DNA from: Eubacteriales bacterium
GTDB lineage: Bacteria > Bacillota > Clostridia > Oscillospirales > CAG-272
Direction of reading: 5' to 3'
Assembly: GCA_045631745.1 (NCBI GenBank)
Contig: JAZQVI010000001.1
Coordinates: 1-55,585, forward strand
Length of the DNA stretch: 55,585 bases
Under the pieces are notes generated by a model. That model searched no databases and was not told where the DNA came from. It saw only the letters and a program-made list of their open reading frames with translations. The translations under genes were made by a program, and so were the position numbers. Each line of letters starts with the position of its first letter. Within the stretch, counting starts at the first letter, position 1. Below are positions 1 through 9,320 of this stretch, piece by piece.

Positions 1-489
1 ATGGATAACGGTCACTATCACCCCACCGAGTTGGTTTCGGACAAGATATCGGCACTGCTCTGTTTCCATCCCAAAATCGCGTTGCACGTCACGCGCGGCG
101 TTCGTTGGGATTCGGATCACGTAGTTCGCTATGACGATGAAACACAGGAAATGATGAAAGAAGTTGTTCGCTGCAACGCGCTCGACCGCGTGATTCTCGC
201 AACCGACTATTTTGACGCTTCCATCAACCGAATTGCGGCATGGGTGATCGGCATGAGATCGGTACAGAAGGCATTGCTCTCTGCGTTGCTCACCCCCAAT
301 GCGGAGCTGACCGCTTTGCAGAACGCCGGCAAGACCACTGAACTCATGATGCGCCAGGAGGAGCTCAAATTCTATCCAGTTGGAGACGTATGGGAGGAAT
401 TCTGTTCGCGTAATGGTGTCATTGGGAACGAAGCTTGGTTTGATGAGGTTAAGAGCTACGAGAACGAGGTTCTCCTCAAAAGAGTATAA
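1..489 (+). CDS. rhaA: L-rhamnose isomerase, C-terminal part (5' truncated by window)
   Basis: DNGHYHPTE..SDKIS, HVTRGVRWDSDHVV and DYFDASINRIAAWVIG match RhaA motifs. Confidence 0.9.
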   Translation: MDNGHYHPTELVSDKISALLCFHPKIALHVTRGVRWDSDHVVRYDDETQEMMKEVVRCNALDRVILATDYFDASINRIAAWVIGMRSVQKALLSALLTPNAELTALQNAGKTTELMMRQEELKFYPVGDVWEEFCSRNGVIGNEAWFDEVKSYENEVLLKRV

Positions 490-494
490 TCAAT

Positions 495-536
495 AAAAAA
501 GATCGTTGGAAGACTTCCCTTCCAACGATCTTTTTT
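495..536. terminator. Bidirectional intrinsic terminator
   Basis: Perfect 18-bp inverted repeat AAAAAAGATCGTTGGAAG / CTTCCAACGATCTTTTTT between convergent genes. Confidence 0.85.
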
Positions 537-1202
537 TCACCATACAAACGGTAACAGTCGGTATTTGACCTTCTTTTGATAGTCTTGATATCCTTCCAAT
601 TCCCTGCTCAGTACGGATTCCTCGTTCCGAATTCGTATAACAATCACTGCAACATAAGGGACAAAGCAAAGCAGTGACCACCACGAGCCAAGCACGATGG
701 GAATGGATAGGAAAAGCCAAATGGTTACTGCATACATCGGATGGCGGACAATTCCGTAAAGTCCCGTGTCAACAACCTTTTGATTTTCCTGGACCTCAAT
801 CGTTCTGGAAAGATACGCGTTTTCTCGCATAACCTCCGCATATAGCGCATAGGAAATTAACAATACAACGGATGCCGCAACCACCACCCACGAAGGCACA
901 AACGACCAGGAAAAGCGATAGTCAAGTCCGGCAACCACAAAGCCTGCCAAGAACAATAATGCAGAGGCTCCAACAACTGCCTTCTGCGTCTGTTGCTTTT
1001 CCTTGGAATTGAGTCTTTTTTTCAATAATTCCGGTGCTTTGATATAGAGCACAACACCGAGCATCAAAATCGGAATGAAAAGCAGCGCAAGAAATAACCA
1101 GCCTTTTTTGTAGTGGAATCCACCGGCAGGTACAAAAATCAATGCGCCGACAAAAAAGAGTCCGACAAGAAATTTTGTTAATCCTTGAAATAATAATTTC
1201 AT
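537..1202 (-). CDS. Isoprenylcysteine carboxyl methyltransferase (ICMT/Ste14) family membrane protein
   Basis: Multiple TM helices; VVDTGLYGIVRHPMY, EE..L..EL.GY..Y...VKYRLLPFVW motifs; GGAG RBS. Confidence 0.85.
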   Translation of the reverse strand: MKLLFQGLTKFLVGLFFVGALIFVPAGGFHYKKGWLFLALLFIPILMLGVVLYIKAPELLKKRLNSKEKQQTQKAVVGASALLFLAGFVVAGLDYRFSWSFVPSWVVVAASVVLLISYALYAEVMRENAYLSRTIEVQENQKVVDTGLYGIVRHPMYAVTIWLFLSIPIVLGSWWSLLCFVPYVAVIVIRIRNEESVLSRELEGYQDYQKKVKYRLLPFVW

Positions 1203-1220
1203 GTTTTATCTCCTCCTTAA

Positions 1221-3449
1221 TCAGTATCCCGGAGGCGGTTCATCCGGCAGTGGGATTGCCTCCCCAAAAATAGGGGCAACAGGACGAGACTGTATATCAG
1301 TTCCTGTGCCGGAGGGCGTTTTGGGCGGAAACGCAAATACAACCTTCCCGTTTTCAAGCTTGAGGATCGCTTCGAACGGCTTCCCTGTTTTGGACGATAC
1401 AAATCCATCCAAAACATCGGTTTTTCCCTCTGTAAGCAACTGTTCGAGAAGGGAGAGCGAGATCACGCGCTTGCAAATAGAGAGATTGACCGAGAACTTG
1501 CACCCCTCCTTATATCCGCTGCACCCATAAAACGTGCGCTGGCGCTTGAGTTCCTTGCCGCATATCGGGCAAATGCCCACAACATCACCGAAAAAGCCGG
1601 TATCGCGGTCATTTTCGGGCGTAACGTCCGTTTGCTTGGAAAAGACCTCTGCAATTTCAGCTTCAGCGAGCTTGACACTGTCACTCACACTGATCGTGCC
1701 GTGATAAACCTTTTTAAGTGCTTGTCCAAGCTCTGATGTCTTATATTTATCCATATTGATCTGCATTTGAACCAGCGATTCGATCAGAAATTCTCCACCC
1801 GGCAAAATGCGGTAAACGTCCTTTTTAAGCTCGATATAGCCGCTCTTTCTGGCGTTATCAATGATTCCCGTTCGCGTCGCCTCTGTTCCAAGCTCAAGTC
1901 CCTCAAAGATCGCCTTGTAATCAGCCGCGTCGTCGGCTTCAACCCCGTCCTCCTGCGCCTCACGTTCCTTGGCGGCGCTTTTTTCATCCTTGAAGGGATT
2001 TTTCAGATAATTGTTGAGTGTCTCGATGGTGTAATGCTTTGGCGGAGAGGTTTCTTTTTCAACAGGCGCAAAGCGAATGTTGACAACATCTCCCTTTTGC
2101 AGATTGGGCAAGATCTTGTCCTTCTGCGAGAAATCATCGTACTTGGTCCATCCCTTTTCCAAAACCGTCATGCCCTTGAGCGTGAAGGTCTCGAGTTCTC
2201 CCACCGCAATCGTAATCTCGGTCCTCGAAACAATACAATCCTCAGCGCAGAATACCGCCACAAAGCGTCTGAATACGGTGGAATACACCTGCATCTCTGC
2301 TTCGGTTAGCTGCCCTTTTTGCGGGATCTTGTAGGTTGGGGTCAGAGCCGAGTGCGATTCAATCTTACTGTCATCAAAAATACTCTTCTGATCCTTAAAA
2401 ACAACCGGATAACCGATTTTTTTGCATTGCTCAAGGATCTGTCTGATCTTCCCTTTCTCCGCAGTCGCCAAGTACTCGGAGTTCGTTCTGGGATAGGTCA
2501 GATACCCCTTTTCATAAAGCCCCTGGACGATGTTAAGGCTGTCCTGCATGGACATCTTATACTTCTTACCCAGTACATTCTGCAGCTTCGACAAGGAGTA
2601 GAGTTTACCCGGGAACAGCTTGTCTTTTTTGTTTTTGACACCCGTTACGATGGCACCCGTTGTATTGTAGAGCGCACACGTTTGTTCTGCCTTGGTACGT
2701 TGATCCTGATCGAATTTGTGCTTGGAAACCAGCTCGATCAATTCCCCTTTTGTTGTTTCTGAGCTTACAAGCGCATAGTATTTTCCGGGAACAAAATGAC
2801 GGATGGCCATATCACGGTCATAAATCGCCTTTACGATGGGAATGATAACACGACCGACTCGAAGCAAGGAGCCGGTTTTCAGTGTCGCATAACGCGTGAG
2901 ATTGACGCCGTACAGCCAGTCAATGTACGTGCGGGCAAAGCCCTCCGATGCAAGAAGATCATAGTTGCTCTCATCCTTCATCTCTGTCAAAGCCGAGGCA
3001 ACTGTTTGGGGCGTTTGGTCAGGAAGCCATAAACGCTTGAGTGTTTTAGGCGTCTCCAGGGCATGCTGAATGCACAGACGAACGATAATTTCTCCCTCTC
3101 GATCTGCGTCTCCCGCATTGACAATGGTATCCACATCGGGACGGTTGCAGAGCGATCGAATGACCTCAAACTGGCGGACAACACCACTGTCCACGCGTTT
3201 GTCCTCACCCTTGCGAAGCTCAAAACGGAACTCCTTTGGGAAGCACGGCAAGTTTTCCATGCTCCAACGAGTTGACCCGTCGGCGCGCGGAGAATAAAAA
3301 TCAATGTCACATAAGGAAAATAGATGTCCGAACGCCCAGGTGATAAGATAACCGCAGCCTTCCAGATACCCGTTTCTCTTTTGCATTTGTCCGATGCCTG
3401 CCGCAATGTTGCGCGCAAGGCTGGGCTTTTCCGCAATAATTAAGATCAT
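1221..3449 (-). CDS. topB: Type IA DNA topoisomerase III
   Basis: TOPRIM IIAEKPS, AGDADREGE, GRV, active-site LTYPRT, LGTEATR, C-terminal Zn ribbon CPICG..CSGY..GCKF; start moved to ATG 3449 after AGGAG. Confidence 0.88.
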   Translation of the reverse strand: MILIIAEKPSLARNIAAGIGQMQKRNGYLEGCGYLITWAFGHLFSLCDIDFYSPRADGSTRWSMENLPCFPKEFRFELRKGEDKRVDSGVVRQFEVIRSLCNRPDVDTIVNAGDADREGEIIVRLCIQHALETPKTLKRLWLPDQTPQTVASALTEMKDESNYDLLASEGFARTYIDWLYGVNLTRYATLKTGSLLRVGRVIIPIVKAIYDRDMAIRHFVPGKYYALVSSETTKGELIELVSKHKFDQDQRTKAEQTCALYNTTGAIVTGVKNKKDKLFPGKLYSLSKLQNVLGKKYKMSMQDSLNIVQGLYEKGYLTYPRTNSEYLATAEKGKIRQILEQCKKIGYPVVFKDQKSIFDDSKIESHSALTPTYKIPQKGQLTEAEMQVYSTVFRRFVAVFCAEDCIVSRTEITIAVGELETFTLKGMTVLEKGWTKYDDFSQKDKILPNLQKGDVVNIRFAPVEKETSPPKHYTIETLNNYLKNPFKDEKSAAKEREAQEDGVEADDAADYKAIFEGLELGTEATRTGIIDNARKSGYIELKKDVYRILPGGEFLIESLVQMQINMDKYKTSELGQALKKVYHGTISVSDSVKLAEAEIAEVFSKQTDVTPENDRDTGFFGDVVGICPICGKELKRQRTFYGCSGYKEGCKFSVNLSICKRVISLSLLEQLLTEGKTDVLDGFVSSKTGKPFEAILKLENGKVVFAFPPKTPSGTGTDIQSRPVAPIFGEAIPLPDEPPPGY

Positions 3450-3537
3450 GCCGTACTCCTTTCCTCGATAATGAAATGCCGCAATTCTGTACGAACGCAT
3501 TCACACAGAATCGCGGCATTTAAAGATCAATAAAAAT

Positions 3538-3945
3538 TTAAATCAATGCCTTTACACTTGCGGGAAGATCCTCTTCTGCCATCGAAACGGTCATGGTCAG
3601 GTTTACATCGGTCTTGCCGATGAGCGCATTCAATGCCTGCACCATCTTTTCAAAAGCGTCGATATCCTGATTGCAGATCTTCAGCGTTCCGTCAATGAAC
3701 AGATCGGTTACGTCATGATTGCTTGCGAGTGCACCTGCAATAAAGCCATAAAGGGACTGCGCGTCGGATACCATATATTCATTCACGTCGATCAAGCGAG
3801 CAGAGGATTTGATGTCGTATCTGAGCTTGGTGCCCTTTTCCACAACAACAACGTCACCCTTGGTCACTTCCAATGCGGCGTTAACCATATCAATCAAGGT
3901 CTTGGTTTTTCCGGTGCCTTTTACACCGATAATCAGTTTAAGCAT
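3538..3945 (-). CDS. Small conserved P-loop protein of unknown function
   Basis: N-terminal GVKGTGKT Walker A and LFIDG Walker-B-like strand; GGAGG RBS before ATG 3945. Confidence 0.7.
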   Translation of the reverse strand: MLKLIIGVKGTGKTKTLIDMVNAALEVTKGDVVVVEKGTKLRYDIKSSARLIDVNEYMVSDAQSLYGFIAGALASNHDVTDLFIDGTLKICNQDIDAFEKMVQALNALIGKTDVNLTMTVSMAEEDLPASVKALI

Positions 3946-4057
3946 ACGTTTGATACCTCCCATAAGTCAGGATGAAAACAAACTCATCCTGTGACTATAT
4001 TATACCAAAGACGTGGCATAAAGTCAAGTGTTTTTGGTGAAATTTGCTTGTTTTTCT

Positions 4058-5398
4058 TTAAGAATTCAGTCTCTTATTGAGCTCGGCTCTGAGATCCTCG
4101 TATCCGGGCTTTCCAAGGAGTGCAAACATATTCTTCTTGTACGCCTCAACGCCGGGCTGATCGAAGGGGTTGACCGAAAGAACGTATCCGGAGATCGCAC
4201 AAGCAAGCTCGAAGAAGTACAAAAGCTCACCCAAAACAAAGGCAGATCTCTCGCTTACCTCGATGAGAATGTTGGGCACCCCGCCATCTACATGCGCAAG
4301 AACGGTTCCCTGCATTGCAGTCTTCTTCACCATGTTCAGATCCATGCCGGAGAGGAAGTTCAAACCGTCAATGTTGTGAGGATCGTTGGGAATCTCAAAG
4401 GTGCTTCCCACATCCTGAATATCGAGAACGGTCTCAAACAGCATTCTGCTTCCGTCCTGTACATACTGACCGAGCGAGTGAAGGTCGGTGGAGAAGATTA
4501 CGGAAGCCGGGAAAATACCCTTTCCGTCCTTTCCTTCGCTTTCTCCATAGAGCTGCTTCCACCACTCATTGAGCATTGCAGAGAACATTTCGTATCCTGC
4601 AAGAATCTCAACGTTCTTTCCCTTGCGGTAAAGAATGTTTCGGATTGCTGCATACTTGTAGCAATCGTTCTCCTTGATATCGGGGTTTGCATAGATGTGG
4701 CTTGCGTGTGCAGCGCCCTCCATCAGCTTCTTGATATCAATGCCTGCTGCGGCGATGGGCAGAAGTCCAACAGCGGTCAGAACCGAGAAACGGCCTCCAA
4801 CGTCGTCCGGTACCACGAAGGTCTCATATCCTTCATCGGTGGAGAACTGCTTGAGCGTTCCTCTTGCCTTGTCGGTGGTTACAAAGATGCGCTCTCTTGC
4901 GCCATCCTTGCCGTATTTCTGCTCCAAGAAGCTGCGGAACACGCGGAATGCAACTGCCGGCTCGGTGGTGGTACCCGACTTGGAAATCACGTTTACGCAA
5001 ACATCCTTATCTGCGCAAAGCTCGAGAACCTCATTGAGTGCATCTGCACTGATGCAGTTTCCTGCATAGAAAATAGCAGGAGTTCCCTTTCTGTTGAGAT
5101 TATAGTTGGGAGACTTCAAAAACTCGATCACAGCTCTTGCACCAAGGTAAGAGCCTCCAATTCCGATCACAGCCAAAACATCGCAGGTCTTGCGGATTTT
5201 TTCAGCGCACGCCTCGATTCTGGCGAACTCTTCCTTGTCATAATTGTCGGGAAGATCTACCCAACCCAGAAAGTCGTTTCCGGGGCCGGATTTCTCGCGA
5301 AGCATCTTATCCGCCATGAGAATTTCGGGCGCGATGTTCTCATATTCATGAGGTCTGATGAAACTCGAAAGGTAGGAATCGTTGAGTTTAATTGCCAT
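4058..5398 (-). CDS. pgi: Glucose-6-phosphate isomerase
   Basis: [52 protein letters not shown]. Confidence 0.97.
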   Translation of the reverse strand: MAIKLNDSYLSSFIRPHEYENIAPEILMADKMLREKSGPGNDFLGWVDLPDNYDKEEFARIEACAEKIRKTCDVLAVIGIGGSYLGARAVIEFLKSPNYNLNRKGTPAIFYAGNCISADALNEVLELCADKDVCVNVISKSGTTTEPAVAFRVFRSFLEQKYGKDGARERIFVTTDKARGTLKQFSTDEGYETFVVPDDVGGRFSVLTAVGLLPIAAAGIDIKKLMEGAAHASHIYANPDIKENDCYKYAAIRNILYRKGKNVEILAGYEMFSAMLNEWWKQLYGESEGKDGKGIFPASVIFSTDLHSLGQYVQDGSRMLFETVLDIQDVGSTFEIPNDPHNIDGLNFLSGMDLNMVKKTAMQGTVLAHVDGGVPNILIEVSERSAFVLGELLYFFELACAISGYVLSVNPFDQPGVEAYKKNMFALLGKPGYEDLRAELNKRLNS

Positions 5399-5435
5399 TG
5401 TTTTTTACCGTCCTGTGTAGAATATAGTTTGATTT

Positions 5436-5464
5436 ATTATACAACAATTTTCAACAGATTTCAA
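5436..5464 (-). promoter_or_regulatory. sigmaA-type promoter of pgi
   Basis: TTGAAA-17-TATAAT on minus strand. Confidence 0.6.
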
Positions 5465-5515
5465 GGTCTTTTATCAAAATATTATCTATTATTTGAGTTT
5501 TTTTACAAACAATAT

Positions 5516-6727
5516 TCAGATAAGCAGGAAGGACGCCAGCATTCGCTTGAGAATATCAAAAAAGTTCATTTTCTCGATCGTTTCTGTTGCCAAAATCTGC
5601 GATCTTCCAATCTCTGCTCCGTCCGAGACATAGATCACCTCACCGATCGGTGTGCCTTTTTGAATCGGGGCAGAAATAAATTCTGGAAGTTCGATCTTTT
5701 TCTCTACGCTCTTGATTTTTTCCTTGGGCAAGACACAAGAAAAGACGTCTTGGGAAGCTTGGCAAGTGTTTTTCACGCCTCCCTTAACAGCGACAGGAGC
5801 GATTTCGGCGCTCGGTGCGGTATAGAGTCCATAATTCGCAAATCCCCAGTCCAGAAGTGTGGTTGCGGCGGCGTTGCGGACGTCTCGCGATTCTGCTCCC
5901 ATAATCACACAGACGAGTGACAAGTCCTCCCTTTCCGCCGTCACACTGATGCAAAAGCCTGCTTTTGACGTAGAGCCTGTTTTAAGCCCTGTACACCCCG
6001 GATAAAACCGCACCAGTCGGTTGGTATTGGTCAGTCCGAATCCTCCGTTTCGGATGGTATCCATCCAAATGGAGCTGTACTCCAGGATCGTCTTATGCTT
6101 TATCAGCTCTCGTGACATGATCGCGATGTCTCTGGCTGACGTGAGGTGGTTTTGTGCCGTGTCGTCAAGACCTGTCACGTTCTCAAATTTGGTATTCTCC
6201 ATTCCAAGCAGCTTTGCTTTCTCATTCATACGAGTGACAAAGGATTCCACACTTCCACAAAGGTGCTCTGCCAAAGCGACCGCCGCATCGTTGGCAGAAG
6301 CGATCACAACGCTCTTGAGCATATCAACAAGGGGCATCTGCTCCCCTTCCTTGAGAAAGACCTGCGAGCCTCCCATGGACGCCGCATTTGCTGAAACGGT
6401 GACCGTATCAGTCATTTTGAGCTTGCCCGAATCGATCGCCTCCATCACCAGCAGCAGTGTCATGATCTTCGTCACCGAGGCAGGCGGAAGTGCCTCGTCG
6501 GGGTTTTGCACATACAGGATGCATCCCGTTGTCGCCTCCATCAGAATCGCACTTTGGCATTTCAAATTTAGCGCACCATCCTCAATCCCCATATCAGACG
6601 TGTTTTTCTGTTCCTCCGAAATCAGGGTCGCTTCTCCTTCCTCTGCATATGCAGAAATACACAAGTATCCAAAAAGCATGGAAAATGCAAGCAAAAACAG
6701 ACAATTTCGTACCAAAAAACGTTTCAT
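5516..6727 (-). CDS. dacF: D-alanyl-D-alanine carboxypeptidase (peptidase S11, DacF-like)
   Basis: Signal peptide, SxxK (ASVTK), SAN, KTG motifs, PBP5-type C-domain; start ATG 6727 after AAGGAG. Confidence 0.8.
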   Translation of the reverse strand: MKRFLVRNCLFLLAFSMLFGYLCISAYAEEGEATLISEEQKNTSDMGIEDGALNLKCQSAILMEATTGCILYVQNPDEALPPASVTKIMTLLLVMEAIDSGKLKMTDTVTVSANAASMGGSQVFLKEGEQMPLVDMLKSVVIASANDAAVALAEHLCGSVESFVTRMNEKAKLLGMENTKFENVTGLDDTAQNHLTSARDIAIMSRELIKHKTILEYSSIWMDTIRNGGFGLTNTNRLVRFYPGCTGLKTGSTSKAGFCISVTAEREDLSLVCVIMGAESRDVRNAAATTLLDWGFANYGLYTAPSAEIAPVAVKGGVKNTCQASQDVFSCVLPKEKIKSVEKKIELPEFISAPIQKGTPIGEVIYVSDGAEIGRSQILATETIEKMNFFDILKRMLASFLLI

Positions 6728-6752
6728 ATCGTCACTCCTTTCATTCAGAATA

Positions 6753-6781
6753 TGTTTATGAAGAAAATTATTGGAATATGA
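6753..6781 (-). promoter_or_regulatory. Possible sporulation sigmaE-type promoter
   Basis: TCATATT-14-CATAAACA on minus strand upstream of the carboxypeptidase. Confidence 0.35.
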
Positions 6782-6802
6782 CGGATGATTTTTGTGATCA
6801 AA

Positions 6803-6826
6803 AAACCGCCTTTTGCAAGGCGGTTT
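6803..6826 (-). terminator. Intrinsic terminator after nucleotidyltransferase gene
   Basis: AAACCGCCTT-ttgc-AAGGCGGTTT hairpin with T tract on minus strand. Confidence 0.6.
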
Positions 6827-6854
6827 GATATAGAAATGTGTAAAATGCAGGCTA

Positions 6855-7511
6855 TTATACTTTCGAAGTCCACTTTTGCGCCCACACAAACAACTCTTTG
6901 GAAGCTTCGACGAGCTCTACAGAGGCACCGATTCTGAATTTTAAATGTGTTTCAGTAATGAATCGCTCATCCGGAGAAATGATTGATAACAGTTCTTTTT
7001 GAGAAGAAACGTGTCTTCCAATTCGCTTATGCGTAATGGCTTGAACAACAAACGAGGCCGATTTATACAAGGATTTCAAAGTTTCCACACTTTTATCATG
7101 GAGCATATTATGAACACAACCATGATAAATGTTGCATATACCGATTTTAATCGCTCTGTCAATCGCACTATCGTCAAGCAAAGGTAGCAGTGCGTCGAGA
7201 CTGCCTTTGATTGGGATGGTATCATAATAGAACTGAAACAGATCGGAAGGCTCCCAATTCAAAAGCTCGTTTTTGCCGGAAAGAAAACCGCAGATCAACT
7301 CTCGATACGGCAAAGTGTTCAGCATAAGATCATACGTCATAATATCCATGGCGGAAAGTTCATCCAGTATAACCACAACATCGATATCGCTCGAGTCGGT
7401 TGCTTCGCCGCGGCCATAGCTGCCTTGGAGGCCCACAAACCACACTCGATTTCCAAAAGTATCATTCAAAGATTTAAGAAATGTTTTCATCCAATCTTTA
7501 ATATTAATCAT
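6855..7511 (-). CDS. Pol-beta superfamily nucleotidyltransferase domain protein
   Basis: GSYGRGEATDSSDIDVVV (GS-x10-DxD) motif; start moved to ATG 7511 because the longer ORF overlaps the tRNA. Confidence 0.8.
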   Translation of the reverse strand: MINIKDWMKTFLKSLNDTFGNRVWFVGLQGSYGRGEATDSSDIDVVVILDELSAMDIMTYDLMLNTLPYRELICGFLSGKNELLNWEPSDLFQFYYDTIPIKGSLDALLPLLDDSAIDRAIKIGICNIYHGCVHNMLHDKSVETLKSLYKSASFVVQAITHKRIGRHVSSQKELLSIISPDERFITETHLKFRIGASVELVEASKELFVWAQKWTSKV

Positions 7512-7571
7512 TGTTTTCTCTTTTGTTGTGATAGGGACATACTCTGTGGCCGATCCTTCATTTCGGATAAA

Positions 7572-7600
7572 AAAATCCGAGAACAATGTTCTCGGATTTT
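7572..7600 (-). terminator. Terminator after tRNA-Val
   Basis: AAAATCCGAGAAC-aat-GTTCTCGGATTTT hairpin abutting the tRNA CCA end. Confidence 0.75.
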
Positions 7601-7601
7601 C

Positions 7602-7678
7602 TGGTGGAGACAGCTGGGTTCGAACCAGCGACCTCATGCATGTCAAGCATGCACTCTAACCAACTGAGCTATGCCTCC
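7602..7678 (-). tRNA. tRNA-Val (anticodon GAC)
   Basis: Minus strand GGAGGCATAGCTCAGTTGGTTAGAG..CATGC-TTGACAT-GCATG..GGTTCGAACCC..TCTCCACCA; full cloverleaf with encoded CCA. Confidence 0.96.
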
Positions 7679-7718
7679 AAAACAACCGTTGTGACGTTGG
7701 TTGATTCACAACGGTAGT

Positions 7719-7747
7719 ATTATATCACAACTCATAACGAATTGCAA
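7719..7747 (-). promoter_or_regulatory. sigmaA-type promoter of tRNA-Val
   Basis: TTGCAA-17-TATAAT with TG extension. Confidence 0.65.
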
Positions 7748-7765
7748 TACCTTTTTTGATTTTTT

Positions 7766-8491
7766 TCAAATTTTTTCTCTTTTTACTGCTGTTCGAACAC
7801 TCTTTTTGATTCCGACGACATCTTTAACCATCCTCAGGCTATCCCGAACAAGACGAATTTTGGACTCGCGGTGATGAATGATCTTGACGGGATACTCGAA
7901 AACCATCATTCCCAGTGTCTCTGCCCACAACAGCACCTCGAAATCAAAGGAAAACCCGTTGAGCTTGCATCTGGAGAAGATCTCTTTTGCTGCCCTTCCG
8001 GTAAACGCCTTGCAGCCACATTGCGAATCGGACATACGGAATCCTCCGATCAGGCACAAAAACTTGATGTAGATCTTGGATGCCAGCTTTCTCAGGAACG
8101 TATAGCTCTCATATCCGCTCTTGTCGACGTTCCGCGAACCAATGATAACGTCTCTTTCCGGATTCTTTAAAAACGCATCGGCAATTCCCTTGATTACATC
8201 GGTTCCGTATGCAAGATCAGCATCGGTAAAGAGAACATAATCCCCCGTCGCCTCCAGCATCGCAGCTCGCACCGCCGCACCCTTTCCTTGGTTTACAGGA
8301 TTCTCGAGCACCCGAACGTTCGGAAGATTCAGAGATTTTACAATTTCAGCAGATCCGTCTCGGCTTCCGTCGTCGCTAAAGAGGATCTCATAATCTTCAA
8401 ACGTAGAGGACATATACGCAGAAAGCGTTGTTGCCGTATCGGCAATGATGGCGCTTTCGTTATACATCGGAATACAAACAGTCATTTTCAT
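7766..8491 (-). CDS. GT2 polyprenol-phosphate glycosyltransferase (DPM/DPG synthase-like)
   Basis: CIPMYNE, DDGSRDGS, NQGKGAAVR, FTDADL, DSQCGCKAF, FDFEVL. Confidence 0.88.
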   Translation of the reverse strand: MKMTVCIPMYNESAIIADTATTLSAYMSSTFEDYEILFSDDGSRDGSAEIVKSLNLPNVRVLENPVNQGKGAAVRAAMLEATGDYVLFTDADLAYGTDVIKGIADAFLKNPERDVIIGSRNVDKSGYESYTFLRKLASKIYIKFLCLIGGFRMSDSQCGCKAFTGRAAKEIFSRCKLNGFSFDFEVLLWAETLGMMVFEYPVKIIHHRESKIRLVRDSLRMVKDVVGIKKSVRTAVKREKI

Positions 8492-8495
8492 GATG

Positions 8496-9320
8496 TCAGA
8501 GACCCTTTCTGTAAATGTAGATATCAAAGTCAAGCTCGGTTTCCAATTCCTCGAGTCCGTCTAATTTCCGACTGTCGGCAGGCGACGTTCTCCAGTAATA
8601 GGGGGTCATGGAAAACAGCGCGCGAATCATATCATTCCCCTTGACCGATATGGTGGTGCGGAGCGTCCTTTTTTCGACGAGTGTCATCTGCTGTGGGAGA
8701 TCGTTTCGCTCGGGATTGAGGTACTGCGTATCGTACAATACCTTTTTAAGTCCCATCAAATGCCGCTCACCAGCGCCCACGAGGATCAGGTGTCCCCCGG
8801 GCTTGAGCACGCGTAAAAACTCCGATTCACAGCACGGCGCAAAAAGATTTGTGACAGCATCAAAGCCGGCATCCTTGACCGGAAGCTCGAAGATACTTGC
8901 TACTGCGAAGAAAGCGGTTGTTCTCTCTGATTTTGCGGTTTTGGCGCCTTTATCAATGCCAAATTTCGAGAGATCTACTCCCAAAACCATGCTTGCTACC
9001 TGTGCCATGCGGTTGGTGTAATATCCTTCTCCGCAACCTGCATCCAAAACGCTTTGCACACCGATCTGTGACAGAATCGCATTGACCTCGTTTGAAAGCG
9101 GAAGGTAGTATCCTTCCTCCAAAAACGCACTTCTCGAGCGGATCGCTTCCTTCAGATCCCCTTCCTTTGCAGAAAGGCAGAGATTGAGGTATCCGCTCTT
9201 GGAAAAATCAAAGGAATGTTGCTTTGGCCCGTGGCAATAGAAGCGCTTTCGCTCTTCGTCCGTCTCTCCGCCTTGCCCGCAAACCGGGCATCGCAACAGA
9301 TTATAAACCGATGTTGTCAT
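8496..9320 (-). CDS. rlmA: 23S rRNA m1G745/748 methyltransferase (RlmA family)
   Basis: Zn finger CPVC..C...HSFD..KSGYLNL, SAM motif LDAGCGEGYY, MTPYYW. Confidence 0.85.
   Translation of the reverse strand: MTTSVYNLLRCPVCGQGGETDEERKRFYCHGPKQHSFDFSKSGYLNLCLSAKEGDLKEAIRSRSAFLEEGYYLPLSNEVNAILSQIGVQSVLDAGCGEGYYTNRMAQVASMVLGVDLSKFGIDKGAKTAKSERTTAFFAVASIFELPVKDAGFDAVTNLFAPCCESEFLRVLKPGGHLILVGAGERHLMGLKKVLYDTQYLNPERNDLPQQMTLVEKRTLRTTISVKGNDMIRALFSMTPYYWRTSPADSRKLDGLEELETELDFDIYIYRKGL

Noticed and set aside
1221-3449. topB as a sign of a conjugative element
   Set aside because: No relaxase, T4SS or integrase genes nearby; embedded among housekeeping genes
4028-5920. 630-aa plus-strand ORF
   Set aside because: Antisense shadow of pgi and the dacF-like gene; no motifs or RBS; expected from codon bias of the real genes
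7512-7646. N-terminal extension of the nucleotidyltransferase ORF
   Set aside because: Overlaps tRNA-Val and its terminator; true start is likely ATG 7511
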